DNA from: Capsulimonadales bacterium
GTDB lineage: Bacteria; Armatimonadota; Armatimonadia; Armatimonadales; Armatimonadaceae
Assembly: GCA_033762295.1 (NCBI GenBank)
Contig: JANRLW010000095.1
Location: 1 to 25,624 of the forward strand
DNA: 25,624 nt
Direction: 5' to 3'
Part shown: in pieces, positions 16,813 through 25,259 of the stretch
How positions within the stretch are numbered: the stretch's first letter is position 1
Layout: each line of letters opens with the position of its first letter
The notes under the pieces: generated by a model
Database searches by the model: none
Seen by the model: the letters and a program-made list of their open reading frames with translations, nothing else
What the model was told of the DNA's origin: nothing
Translations under genes and position numbers: made by a program

Positions 16813-19172
16813 TAGTTTCTTTCTTCTCCCGTCGCAAGCGGCACGCGCAGCAGGACGATCGAGTAGGGAGGAACGGTCAGCGTGAAACGGTCGGACCCGA
16901 TCGTTTTCACGGATCGATCGATCTGCGCCTTTGTCCCGGTGCCATCGGCGGTCAAACGGTAGACGGTCGCCGGGTCTTTCACCGAAACCGAACCGGCGCG
17001 GAGGTCGATCGGTACGGTAATCGCCGTTTTCGGCATCTTATTGATGAGAACGAGAGCGAGGAGACGGCGGGTTTCGTCGGTCGTCGCGTAGGCGGAAAGA
17101 CGGCTATCGTTACTGCTGACCGCTCGACAGGAGACACTCTCGACGCCCCGTTTTCCCTCGCCTTCCGGGTTCAACAGCAGGCGAAACGCCAGATAGGCCG
17201 GGCTGTCTTTTTTGGGCGTCGTCCAGTAGGAGGCCAGGTAGAGGTCCTCCCGTCCGAACAGACATAATGCCTCGGCGGAGGCCAGCGCGCCGCTGATGTG
17301 CTTTTCCCCACCGAAACTCCATTCGGTCAGACCGATCTTCGTTCCGGGGTACTCCTGCGCCACCCATTCCTTCAGCCGGGGCAACAGACGCACCGGTTCG
17401 CCAATCCAGGACTCATCGGCGTATCGGGCGTCGAACAACGACCGGACGGATCGGATTCGGCGGGCAGCCGTCTCAGGGTCCGCTTTTTCGTTGTACACAT
17501 CGGACTGCGGATAGTAGTGAACATCCAGCACGTCCAGAAGGCGTTGCCCGGTCTCCCTTTCCACGTTCTTTGCCTGACGCAAAAACCAGACCAGAAACGG
17601 AAGATCGCCATGCGCCTTTCGGTCGGCATGCGTCCGGTAGTTGTCGGTTCCCCGGTCGAGGGGCGAATAAAGGTAGTTGGTCCAGCCCCAGGAGACCGGT
17701 CCGGTCACCATCGCGGTCGGGTCGACCGCCTTGACCGCGGCGGCATACTCCCGGAAATTGCCGAAGAGATCGTCATACCCGAGCAGCGCCGGCTTGATAT
17801 CGGTGTGGGTATGTGCCCAGAGGTCCGGTTCGTTGTCCATCGCGTAGAAGCGGACCCCGCTCCCCGCCGCCGTTCCGAACCGCTTCGTCAGGAAATGCAC
17901 AAACTCGTCCTGCGCCACGGCGAAATCCGGACCGGGATTCTCCGGCTGCGGAACCGGCGGATAGTCGAACGGTTTGCCTTTACGGGCGACCGAGCGCACG
18001 CTCGTCCGACGGCGGTTCTCGGTCGGATCGTACCCGGCGATCGGTCCGTCCGGTCCCTTCAAGGGAATGCCCCCCTCGTTCGGAACGTTCTTCGAACCGG
18101 CTTTGTCCACCCCGGTTCGCGTCACCCAGCCGATGGTCGGGATCGTAAACAGAACCGTCGCGCCGGACGCGGCGGACTCACGAATAAAGGAATCGGCGGC
18201 TTGCCCCGGCTTTGTCGGATCGTCGCCATGACTGAGGAAGTGCCAATCCCGCGCCGAATTCCAGGCATTGGTCAGCCAGTTGTAGCGGGTGTTCGGGTTT
18301 CCGCCCCACCGGCGAAGGCCAGGACGCAATCCCTTAACTTCGTCCGGCGTTCCGAACGCAACGCCGTAAATATATGGGGAGATCGGATGGCGTTCGGCGG
18401 CGATATCCACCGTCACGGCAACCGACGTTTCCGATGGCGGCGCGGGTAGCGTCGCGTCCGGAAGGAGCAAGATACGCCGCACATAAACGGACGGCAGTGT
18501 CGCCTGCGCTCCGGCCATCAGAACGACACCGGAGAATTGTCGACCGATTCCGTCCTGAAGAACCTTCAGAGGTACCCGGGCGACCTGCCAGCGGCCGGTC
18601 CGCCCTGCCGCCATATGCTTCGCCAGCGATATTTTCGGACCGAACCGGTTGTCCGGGCCAACCAGCACGGCATAGAGCGGGGTGGAGGCGAGGTTGCCTC
18701 CCGGTTTGGCCGGGCAGAGTTCGATTTCCACCGCGCCGTAACCGACGCTGTCACGGGCGTCGGTGTGCAGATAGATCCCCTGGTAACCGGCCGGATGGAA
18801 CAGGATCAGCGTTTTCGGTTCGCCGGTCAGGCGGGCATCCATGGCGCGTTTTGCCCAGGACCAGTCCTGCCAGCCGGGCTGCACACCGTTATCGAAGGCA
18901 ATCAGGGGTTCGGCGGCGCGAACCGGCGGTTCAAGCGCCGCTCGATACGCGCCATTTTCCCGATCCTTCCAGGCACGGGCCAGGTTTCGGACCAGATTCA
19001 CGGTCTTTCCGACGGCCCCCTCCCCTTCGGTCGAGGCAATATGGTAGCTTGCGACGCCCGCTCCCACGAACGCCATCAGAGCGCCGATACCGACCAGGGA
19101 TCGGGCGATACGTCGATCGCCGATCTCCTTGTCGAATCGTGCCGGTGCGGAACTGGCGGATGGTTTGTTCAT
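16812..19172 (-). CDS. Membrane-anchored glycoside hydrolase family 44 with an N-terminal CBM-like domain
   Basis: HPISPYIYG, RRWGGN..TRYNW, YAMDNEPDLW..TH (acid/base), GPVSWGW, LLDVLDVHYYPQ and YPGTKIGLTEWSFGG (nucleophile). There is an N-terminal TM helix and a PGWQDWSW domain. I moved the start from 19397 to ATG 19172 because the extension overlaps a better small ORF. Confidence 0.9.
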   Translation of the reverse strand: MNKPSASSAPARFDKEIGDRRIARSLVGIGALMAFVGAGVASYHIASTEGEGAVGKTVNLVRNLARAWKDRENGAYRAALEPPVRAAEPLIAFDNGVQPGWQDWSWAKRAMDARLTGEPKTLILFHPAGYQGIYLHTDARDSVGYGAVEIELCPAKPGGNLASTPLYAVLVGPDNRFGPKISLAKHMAAGRTGRWQVARVPLKVLQDGIGRQFSGVVLMAGAQATLPSVYVRRILLLPDATLPAPPSETSVAVTVDIAAERHPISPYIYGVAFGTPDEVKGLRPGLRRWGGNPNTRYNWLTNAWNSARDWHFLSHGDDPTKPGQAADSFIRESAASGATVLFTIPTIGWVTRTGVDKAGSKNVPNEGGIPLKGPDGPIAGYDPTENRRRTSVRSVARKGKPFDYPPVPQPENPGPDFAVAQDEFVHFLTKRFGTAAGSGVRFYAMDNEPDLWAHTHTDIKPALLGYDDLFGNFREYAAAVKAVDPTAMVTGPVSWGWTNYLYSPLDRGTDNYRTHADRKAHGDLPFLVWFLRQAKNVERETGQRLLDVLDVHYYPQSDVYNEKADPETAARRIRSVRSLFDARYADESWIGEPVRLLPRLKEWVAQEYPGTKIGLTEWSFGGEKHISGALASAEALCLFGREDLYLASYWTTPKKDSPAYLAFRLLLNPEGEGKRGVESVSCRAVSSNDSRLSAYATTDETRRLLALVLINKMPKTAITVPIDLRAGSVSVKDPATVYRLTADGTGTKAQIDRSVKTIGSDRFTLTVPPYSIVLLRVPLATGEERN

Positions 19173-19222
19173 GGGAGTTACTCGAAGGTTATGCGCTTCC
19201 GGGACCGAAAATCGATCCGGAA

Positions 19223-19360
19223 TCAGGATGGCTTGATGTAGTTGTACAGGATGATCAGGGCAATTCCGAAACCCAGCTGCCACCAGAACCCGATGGTGAT
19301 GCGTTTGACGAACAGCCCCATAAATAGGGAGAGAAAGATGATTGGCAGAATGATTTTCAA
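19223..19360 (-). CDS. Small 45-aa membrane protein MKIILPIIFLSLFMGLFVKRITIGFWWQLGFGIALIILYNYIKPS (not in the ORF track)
   Basis: The TTG start overlaps the GT2 stop (TTGA) and has GGAGG 7 nt upstream. Two hydrophobic helices are separated by KR. TGA stop at 19223-19225; the ORF fills most of the GT2-GH44 gap. Confidence 0.8.
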   Translation of the reverse strand: MKIILPIIFLSLFMGLFVKRITIGFWWQLGFGIALIILYNYIKPS

Positions 19361-20691
19361 CGAGTCGCCTCCGTCGCCGCCGGTTCGTTGGAAACATTAC
19401 CGCCCGGCGGCATCTTCCGCCGCTCGGTCCTGACCCATTCGGTCACCCCCCGGTTTCCGGGAAGGTAGAGCGCCAGCTTCCACAGGGCGTACCCGGGCGC
19501 TTTCAGCAGTGCCAGGTAGGCATCCTTACCCGCACCCGCCATTCGCAGGCCGGCGAAGATGTACGTGAAGAAACCCAGGGCGGAGAACGCCAGCAGAGCT
19601 CCGACGATCCGGGCCGGCATTATCAGGCTTTCGGTCGATTCGCCGGACAGCGTTATCGTTGCTCCGGCCAGTCCGAGCGAGACGCCTCCGGCGATTATCA
19701 GCAGACACAGTTCTGCAAGCGGCGGCGCGGCAACGGCCAGCGCCGCTTCGACGAACACCGGCCGACCTCGGCGGAACGCTTCCCCGACGAGCGGCAGAGC
19801 CTTGTCGCGAATCAGCTTGAACCGTCCCACCTCCCAGCGCTTCCGCTGCGAGGCGGCCTGCTCCCGGGTCACCGGCATTTGCGCCCGGACGACCGCCGTC
19901 GGAACATAGCGAATCGCAATTCCCGCCCGCAGGAGATCCAGCCCGTAGTCGATGTCCTCCGTGACGCTGTGCCCCTGCCACGGAATGGACGCCAGCGTTT
20001 CATGCGAGAACATCATACCGTTGCCCTTCAGGCCGACCAGAAATCCGAGACGATCCGCTCCGAGCGGCTTGATATGATTGAAAAGCTCGAAGGCGGCATC
20101 CATCAGAGCGGCCCGCCAGGACTCCTGCCCGTTCAGTACGCCGTATCGTCCCTGCAGCGCCCAGCGAGTTCCCTGAGGATTCGCCTCGAGGTAGGCGGCC
20201 ATCCGCGCCAGGAAGGTTTTCTCGACCACCGTGTCGGCATCGACGATCGCATAACCGTCGGCCGGGTTCGGACGGGCGAGCAGTTGAGAAAAGCCCCAGG
20301 CCAGCGCGTAGCCCTTGCCACGTTCGGTAAGATTGGTCCGCTCCAGCACGGTGACGCCGTATTCACGGGCGATCTGGGCCGTACGGTCCTTGCAGTTATC
20401 GGCGATCACGACGATCTCGTATCGATCCTGCGGATACTCCTGCTTCCGAAGATAGTCGAGAGTGGCCGCAAGGACCAGTTCTTCGTTATGCGCCGGCATC
20501 ACGATGACAAATCGCGGATGCTTCTTCGGCGCCGTGGCGGGCGGAACCAGCTTTCGGCGGTTCGCCGCCGCGCCGGCCAGCAAGAGCAGAAGATGACACA
20601 CGGCGACCGCGGTCACCGCCCCGATCACAAGCGCCACCACCAGGGTGGTCCAGGCGCTTCCGATCCCGATCAATGCCAAAATAGGGGACAT
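19357..20691 (-). CDS. Membrane GT2 with D, DxD, TED and QxxRW motifs (cellulose/PNAG-synthase-like superfamily)
   Basis: MPAHNEE, ADNCKD, GKGYAL, VDADT, GNGM, VTEDID and QRKRW. One N-terminal and two to three C-terminal TM helices. Confidence 0.93.
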   Translation of the reverse strand: MSPILALIGIGSAWTTLVVALVIGAVTAVAVCHLLLLLAGAAANRRKLVPPATAPKKHPRFVIVMPAHNEELVLAATLDYLRKQEYPQDRYEIVVIADNCKDRTAQIAREYGVTVLERTNLTERGKGYALAWGFSQLLARPNPADGYAIVDADTVVEKTFLARMAAYLEANPQGTRWALQGRYGVLNGQESWRAALMDAAFELFNHIKPLGADRLGFLVGLKGNGMMFSHETLASIPWQGHSVTEDIDYGLDLLRAGIAIRYVPTAVVRAQMPVTREQAASQRKRWEVGRFKLIRDKALPLVGEAFRRGRPVFVEAALAVAAPPLAELCLLIIAGGVSLGLAGATITLSGESTESLIMPARIVGALLAFSALGFFTYIFAGLRMAGAGKDAYLALLKAPGYALWKLALYLPGNRGVTEWVRTERRKMPPGGNVSNEPAATEATR

Positions 20692-20722
20692 ATTCGCAAC
20701 ACTTTCCTCAGACCGGAGCGGA

Positions 20723-21721
20723 TTACAACGATTCGAGTTTCTTGTGAAGCCACTTCGGCATCGAGGGCCTGGTCCTGTTCAAAATCGTGCCGATGACCCG
20801 GTGCTTCCCCACCATCGATATCGCCGATTTGACGACGCTGCGCGGGGTCACTCCGGAGGCGACAACCAGCAGAAGTCCATCGGTCTGATTGATCAACGGC
20901 AGCGAGTAGCCCGAGGTAACGGCGGGAAGATCGACGATGACCAGATCGAACATCTCCCGCACCGCCGCCATCACCTCCGCCAGAGCCGGGGAGTGCGCGG
21001 TCTTGACCGGATTCTTCGGAAGGTCGCCCAGCGGCAGCAGACAGAGGTTTTCCAGTCCTTCCATCTGCAGCGTCGGGATGCGGAAATCGCGTCCTTCCAG
21101 CACCGGCACGACCCCGCCTTTGCCGAACATATTCAGGTTCTCGGCGAGGACGCTTTCCTCCAGGCTCAGGTCGAGCAGAGCGACCTTTTTATAAGTGTTG
21201 CGCGCGATATTGATCGCCAGCTGAACGGCGACGGTGGTTTTGCCCTCGCGCCGAACCGCGCTGGAGATGCCGACGACCTTGGGGCCGCCCGACGGCGCGC
21301 TCGCGCCGCCCAGCATCGCCTGCAGCGAGTCGGCGGTCGTCACCGGCAGGAGGCCGTCCGCATATCGCTCCATCGCCGCGTACAGGTGTGTCACCTCCAT
21401 CCACTCCGGGTCGAGGCGGACGCGGACGGGCAGCGACTTGTCGGTCATCAGGGTGTTGCCGCCGGTTTTGGACGCGGCCAGTTGACCGCTGTGGGCCGCC
21501 TGGGCGACCACGGTCCTCTCCGGGGCGGTGACCGTCAACTTCGCCGGCGGAACCGGCAGACCGTTCGGACCGGCCGGCATCGCCGGACCGCTCATGGTCT
21601 TCTCCTCCGGCAGGGCGCCGTTCGCCGTGGCGGTCGGCGGAACGGCGGTCGGGCCGATCACGATCTCACCCTTCTCGTTCTGCGTCGTGTAAAGAGTCTG
21701 CGTTTTTTCAAATTGGCTCAT
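20723..21721 (-). CDS. Stand-alone CpsD/CapB-family BY-kinase-like P-loop protein, degenerate
   Basis: Walker A SSAVRREGKTT, altered Walker A' LLDLSLEE, Walker B VIVDLPAV, DGLLLVV and GTILN. No Tyr cluster. The start is probably 21721 or 21769, not 21994. Confidence 0.87.
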   Translation of the reverse strand: MSQFEKTQTLYTTQNEKGEIVIGPTAVPPTATANGALPEEKTMSGPAMPAGPNGLPVPPAKLTVTAPERTVVAQAAHSGQLAASKTGGNTLMTDKSLPVRVRLDPEWMEVTHLYAAMERYADGLLPVTTADSLQAMLGGASAPSGGPKVVGISSAVRREGKTTVAVQLAINIARNTYKKVALLDLSLEESVLAENLNMFGKGGVVPVLEGRDFRIPTLQMEGLENLCLLPLGDLPKNPVKTAHSPALAEVMAAVREMFDLVIVDLPAVTSGYSLPLINQTDGLLLVVASGVTPRSVVKSAISMVGKHRVIGTILNRTRPSMPKWLHKKLESL

Positions 21722-21840
21722 GGTTAGTTTTCCGTCGGGCCTTCCTCGCGAAGGGAACCGTACAGGCATTGGCGCAACGCCGTTTCGTCGATTGGATGAC
21801 GTCACCGATCTTCGTTTGCGGCTGCCATAGCCGTCGCTTG

Positions 21841-23373
21841 TCAGGCGGGGAGCGCGGTCCCCTCCTCCGGTCCGTCCGGCGCCGGCAGCGCCAGTTTGAA
21901 GCCCAGTTCGCGAGCTTCCGGCAGACAGGCCAGTACCGGAACTTCCAGCACCGCTTCGGCATCGCCGGCATACCGCAGGGACGTATCCAGCCATTCGCTG
22001 GTGATAATGGTCAATCCGCCGACGACCAGTCCGAGGACACAGGCGATGATCAAGCTGATCAGCGTCTTTTTCAGACCGGCGGTGGACTCGGCGCGAACGA
22101 CGCCCAGAGCCTGCAGGGTGGCCCTACCGACCCGCTTCTCCTTACCGGCCTGGATATCCGCCGCGAATTTCTTTTCGAGAAGGTCCGTGTAGACCGACTT
22201 CACAACGTCCAGGCGGCGCAGACGTTCGTTCAGCTTTTTCTCGGCGAGCGGCAACGCACGCTGTTCCTTTTCATACTGCGCGATCCGCTTGCGCAGGTTG
22301 GCGATCTTGATCGCCGCCATCTTCTCCTCGTTCTGGAGATCGAACAGCTTCTGCATGTACTCGATGTACAGCGGGTTGTCCTGAACCGTCGTCTGCGCGA
22401 CCTGTCCGCCCGGTTGCCCCTTGCGCAGCGCCTCCTCGGCCAGACGCTCCTCCTTCACCAGCTGTGTTTTCAGCCGGGCGATATCCTTGTTGATCTGGCG
22501 GATGATGGTGCTGTCATCCTTGTAACGGTTGCTTCGGTAGGCGTTGCGCTCGGCTTCCTTCTGCTGAATCAGCGACGCCGTGGCGGACGGACCCTGCTGA
22601 TAGGTCATATCGACGATGATCTTCGGTTTGATCTGCTTGAGCCGCTGGCTCAGCAGTTTCCGTTCGATCTCGTGGGTACGAGCGTTGATCAGATAGGTAT
22701 CGAGATCGGTATGCAGGAGGCTGAGCTGTTCGATCCGTCCGTTCTGCTGATCGGGAAGCTGTCCGCTGAACTGCTTTTTGAACTGGGAAACGGCTTCCTC
22801 CGCCTCTTTCAGCTCCTTTTCATAGCGTGCGATCTCACCGTTCAGAAAGGTGCTGGTGGCAAGCGAGTTCGCCTGCTGATCGTCGGAGTAGGTTTCGATG
22901 TACTCCTCACGCAGGGAGCGTGCCAGACGTTCGGCCTCCTTCTGGTTCGGCCACTTGACCGTGACGGAGAAGACGTCGGTGGAATCGGTGCCCGAGTAGA
23001 CGTTCTTCAGCAGGTCGGCCAGGCGAGGGTTCTTGACCTCCGCCTTGATGACGATCGGGTCCTGCAGCTTCGCCGCCTTCAGGGCGCGACTGAGAAATCC
23101 GCCCGGCACGTCGTCATGAAGCTTGTTGTTGAACCGGGTCGAATGTACCTGGGACGGCGATTGCCAGCCGTAGGAGTTGGAGTCGCCCATGACCTTCGAC
23201 ATCTGCGTGTTGTCGATGATCTGGATCAGACCGGTCGCCACGTACTCCTTGGGCCGGGTAAACAGGACTCCGCCGACCACGCCGCCGATCAGTATCACAG
23301 CCAGCAGAAAACGCCATTTGTATCGGCAGAAGGAATCGATGATTCGGTATAAAACGGACGTCGGATGATGCAC
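21841..23373 (-). CDS. Polysaccharide co-polymerase / chain-length determinant (GumC / Wzc N-terminal type)
   Basis: N-terminal TM followed by PKEYVATG, a long coiled coil, a C-terminal TM, then EWLDTSLR...EAVLEVPVLACLP. No fused kinase domain. Confidence 0.9.
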   Translation of the reverse strand: MHHPTSVLYRIIDSFCRYKWRFLLAVILIGGVVGGVLFTRPKEYVATGLIQIIDNTQMSKVMGDSNSYGWQSPSQVHSTRFNNKLHDDVPGGFLSRALKAAKLQDPIVIKAEVKNPRLADLLKNVYSGTDSTDVFSVTVKWPNQKEAERLARSLREEYIETYSDDQQANSLATSTFLNGEIARYEKELKEAEEAVSQFKKQFSGQLPDQQNGRIEQLSLLHTDLDTYLINARTHEIERKLLSQRLKQIKPKIIVDMTYQQGPSATASLIQQKEAERNAYRSNRYKDDSTIIRQINKDIARLKTQLVKEERLAEEALRKGQPGGQVAQTTVQDNPLYIEYMQKLFDLQNEEKMAAIKIANLRKRIAQYEKEQRALPLAEKKLNERLRRLDVVKSVYTDLLEKKFAADIQAGKEKRVGRATLQALGVVRAESTAGLKKTLISLIIACVLGLVVGGLTIITSEWLDTSLRYAGDAEAVLEVPVLACLPEARELGFKLALPAPDGPEEGTALPA

Positions 23374-23419
23374 TTTCGGATATCCTTTTCGATAACGGTT
23401 GCGACTTCGGAGACGACGC

Positions 23420-24895
23420 TTAGAATCTCATGAAACTGACCAGCGGAAGAATTCCGAGGGCTTCCATCAATCCGAAACCGGGTCGGGTCGGCCCCTTGGT
23501 CGGAATGTACAGCACGTCGCCGGGCAGTAGCGCGATATCTTTCGAAAGATCCTTGCGCTTGAGAATGTCTTCCAGGTTCACCGGAATGACCGAGTCGCGG
23601 GAAGCGGTCAACAACTGCGTATTGGAAGTCCGAAATGTATCGGTGACGCCGGCCCCCAGAGCGGTGGCCGCCGATTTACTCGCCGATCGGTCCGCGTTTC
23701 CGGGGAGGAGCAGAGCGGTTCCGGTCGCTTCGAGCGCACTGCTGACCACCGCTCCGGCCAGATTCGCCTGCGTCTCCGAGAACTCCGCCCGTTTCGTCTC
23801 CTCTTCGAGTCGGTTCGGGGTGGCGCTTCCGCGCAACAGTTTCGCGTTCTTCAGATCGGCGTCCGGACGAATCCCGCCCGCGCTGGTGATGGCCCCGAGA
23901 AGGGTCAACTCGACCCGGTCGGGATAGGGCAGCAGTTTGGAATCCGCCACCGCGCCCCAGACCGCATACATTTTCTGATTCTGCGGAATGAAAAGCATGT
24001 CCCCGGCCTGCACCTGGAACAGACCGGCGTCGGCGTCGGTGTTGAGTTTGCTCAGGTCGATCGGAATCGTCTTTCCGCCGCGCGAGATTTTGGCCAGCGA
24101 GAGTTTGGCCATCGGTGTGGTTCCGCCCGCCGCCGTCAGCAGGCTGCGCAGGGACCCGTCCGGCGGAATCGGTACCCAACCCTTGTTGACCACCTCGCCC
24201 TGAACATTAATATGGGTTTTCGAAACGTCGCGCATCTGGATCACGAGCGTATCGTTCGGTTCCAGCAGAAGGTTCTGCGTCAGATCGTTCCGAAGAAGCA
24301 GCGCTTCCAGATCGACCGGGAGGACGGTGTTGCCCCGGAAAATACTCGCCGTCACCAGGTCAGGCTTGGCGTTCGTGCTGAACCCGGCCGAAGTCAACAG
24401 GTCCAGAACACGCCATCCATGAAGCAGCGTCCGGTTGCCGGAACCGGCCAGCCCGTTCCCCAGGACGCTGACCATCTGTTCCGCCCGTCGCAGCAACGTG
24501 ATATTCGCCTTCGGTTCCTCGATCTCTTTGCTCAGACCCTTTTCGATCTTGGCCGCCAGCTGCGCCATGGTGAGACCGGCCGCCGTCAGCCTCCCGATAT
24601 AGAGGTAGGTGATTCGCCCGTCCGGCTCGACCTTGACCTGCTTGCTCAACTCCGGGTGGAGGAGGATCGCGACTTCCAGTTCGTCACCGACGCCGATCCG
24701 GTATTCCTTGCCCGGTTCCACGGGCACGGACGGAACGGCCGGCGACGGCGGAACGGTCGGCGCTTGCGCGGTGGCGAACGCCGTCAGACCGAGGCTTACG
24801 GCCGCGGTCAGCAGTCCCTGCCCCAGAAGGCGCGCTGCCTGCTTCGTTCGGATCTCGATTTTGCGGCCCGATTTCGTTGATTTTTGATTCAGCAT
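23420..24895 (-). CDS. wza: Polysaccharide export protein (OPX/Wza) with SLBB repeats
   Basis: YRIGVGDEL...VEPDGRITYLYIGRLTAAGLT (PES domain) and three beta-grasp repeats ending LEPNDTLVI, VQAGDMLFIP and LLPGDVLYIP. ATG 24895 has a GGAG RBS. Confidence 0.92.
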   Translation of the reverse strand: MLNQKSTKSGRKIEIRTKQAARLLGQGLLTAAVSLGLTAFATAQAPTVPPSPAVPSVPVEPGKEYRIGVGDELEVAILLHPELSKQVKVEPDGRITYLYIGRLTAAGLTMAQLAAKIEKGLSKEIEEPKANITLLRRAEQMVSVLGNGLAGSGNRTLLHGWRVLDLLTSAGFSTNAKPDLVTASIFRGNTVLPVDLEALLLRNDLTQNLLLEPNDTLVIQMRDVSKTHINVQGEVVNKGWVPIPPDGSLRSLLTAAGGTTPMAKLSLAKISRGGKTIPIDLSKLNTDADAGLFQVQAGDMLFIPQNQKMYAVWGAVADSKLLPYPDRVELTLLGAITSAGGIRPDADLKNAKLLRGSATPNRLEEETKRAEFSETQANLAGAVVSSALEATGTALLLPGNADRSASKSAATALGAGVTDTFRTSNTQLLTASRDSVIPVNLEDILKRKDLSKDIALLPGDVLYIPTKGPTRPGFGLMEALGILPLVSFMRF

Positions 24896-25021
24896 TTGAT
24901 CACTCCGGAATTTACAACCGACCGGGAGGGTTCCCGTGTCTTCGTCCAACATCGCCAGCAGCTTCGGGAGTTCGAGGTTTGACACCTGATCCTATCAATT
25001 TCCCCTCGAATCTTCACCCGT

Positions 25022-25049
25022 ATTATACCCATATTTTTAGTAAATTTTT
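25022..25049 (-). promoter_or_regulatory. Main EPS operon promoter: -10 TATAAT plus TTTA(C/G)TAAA box
   Basis: Perfect minus-strand TATAAT at 25027-25022 with no consensus -35. TTTAGTAAA at 25036-25044, and a near-match at 25181-25189. Confidence 0.6.
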
Positions 25050-25198
25050 GACTGAATTAGAGAACTCTTAGCTTCACCGGGCCATTCTTAGAACACATTA
25101 AACGAATTACCGAAAGAAATAACGGGATTTACGGGCGGGAATTTGCACTTTCAGTGCCGGGACGACATTACCGGGGAAATTTTAGTAATTTAACGAGT

Positions 25199-25237
25199 AA
25201 AAAAAGCGGAAAGGCCGCCCAGGCGACCTTTCCGCTT
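25199..25237 (-). terminator. Rho-independent terminator downstream of hscB
   Basis: The minus strand reads AAGCGGAAAGGTCGCC-TG-GGCGGCCTTTCCGCTT and runs into a T7 tract. Confidence 0.85.
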
Positions 25238-25259
25238 CGTTTAGCTCCGGCGTCCGCGG

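Noticed and set aside
19173..19397. 75-aa N-terminal extension of GH44 given in the ORF track
   Set aside because: The sequence is not protein-like, overlaps the GT2 end, and is better explained by the 45-aa ORF in another frame with a proper RBS.
21722..21994. Upstream extension of the kinase-like ORF to 21994
   Set aside because: It overlaps the co-polymerase 3' end by ~150 nt and is low-complexity. A downstream ATG (21769 or 21721) is more plausible.
21769..23352. Long plus-strand ORFs opposite EPS genes (527 aa here; also 12240-13604, 17298-18449, 20645-21727)
   Set aside because: They are antisense to well-supported genes in GC-rich DNA and have no recognisable domains.
24896..25020. 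Possible riboswitch or tRNA-like element in the wza leader
   Set aside because: I could not identify a c-di-GMP riboswitch motif or a tRNA cloverleaf by eye. An Rfam/Infernal scan would be decisive.
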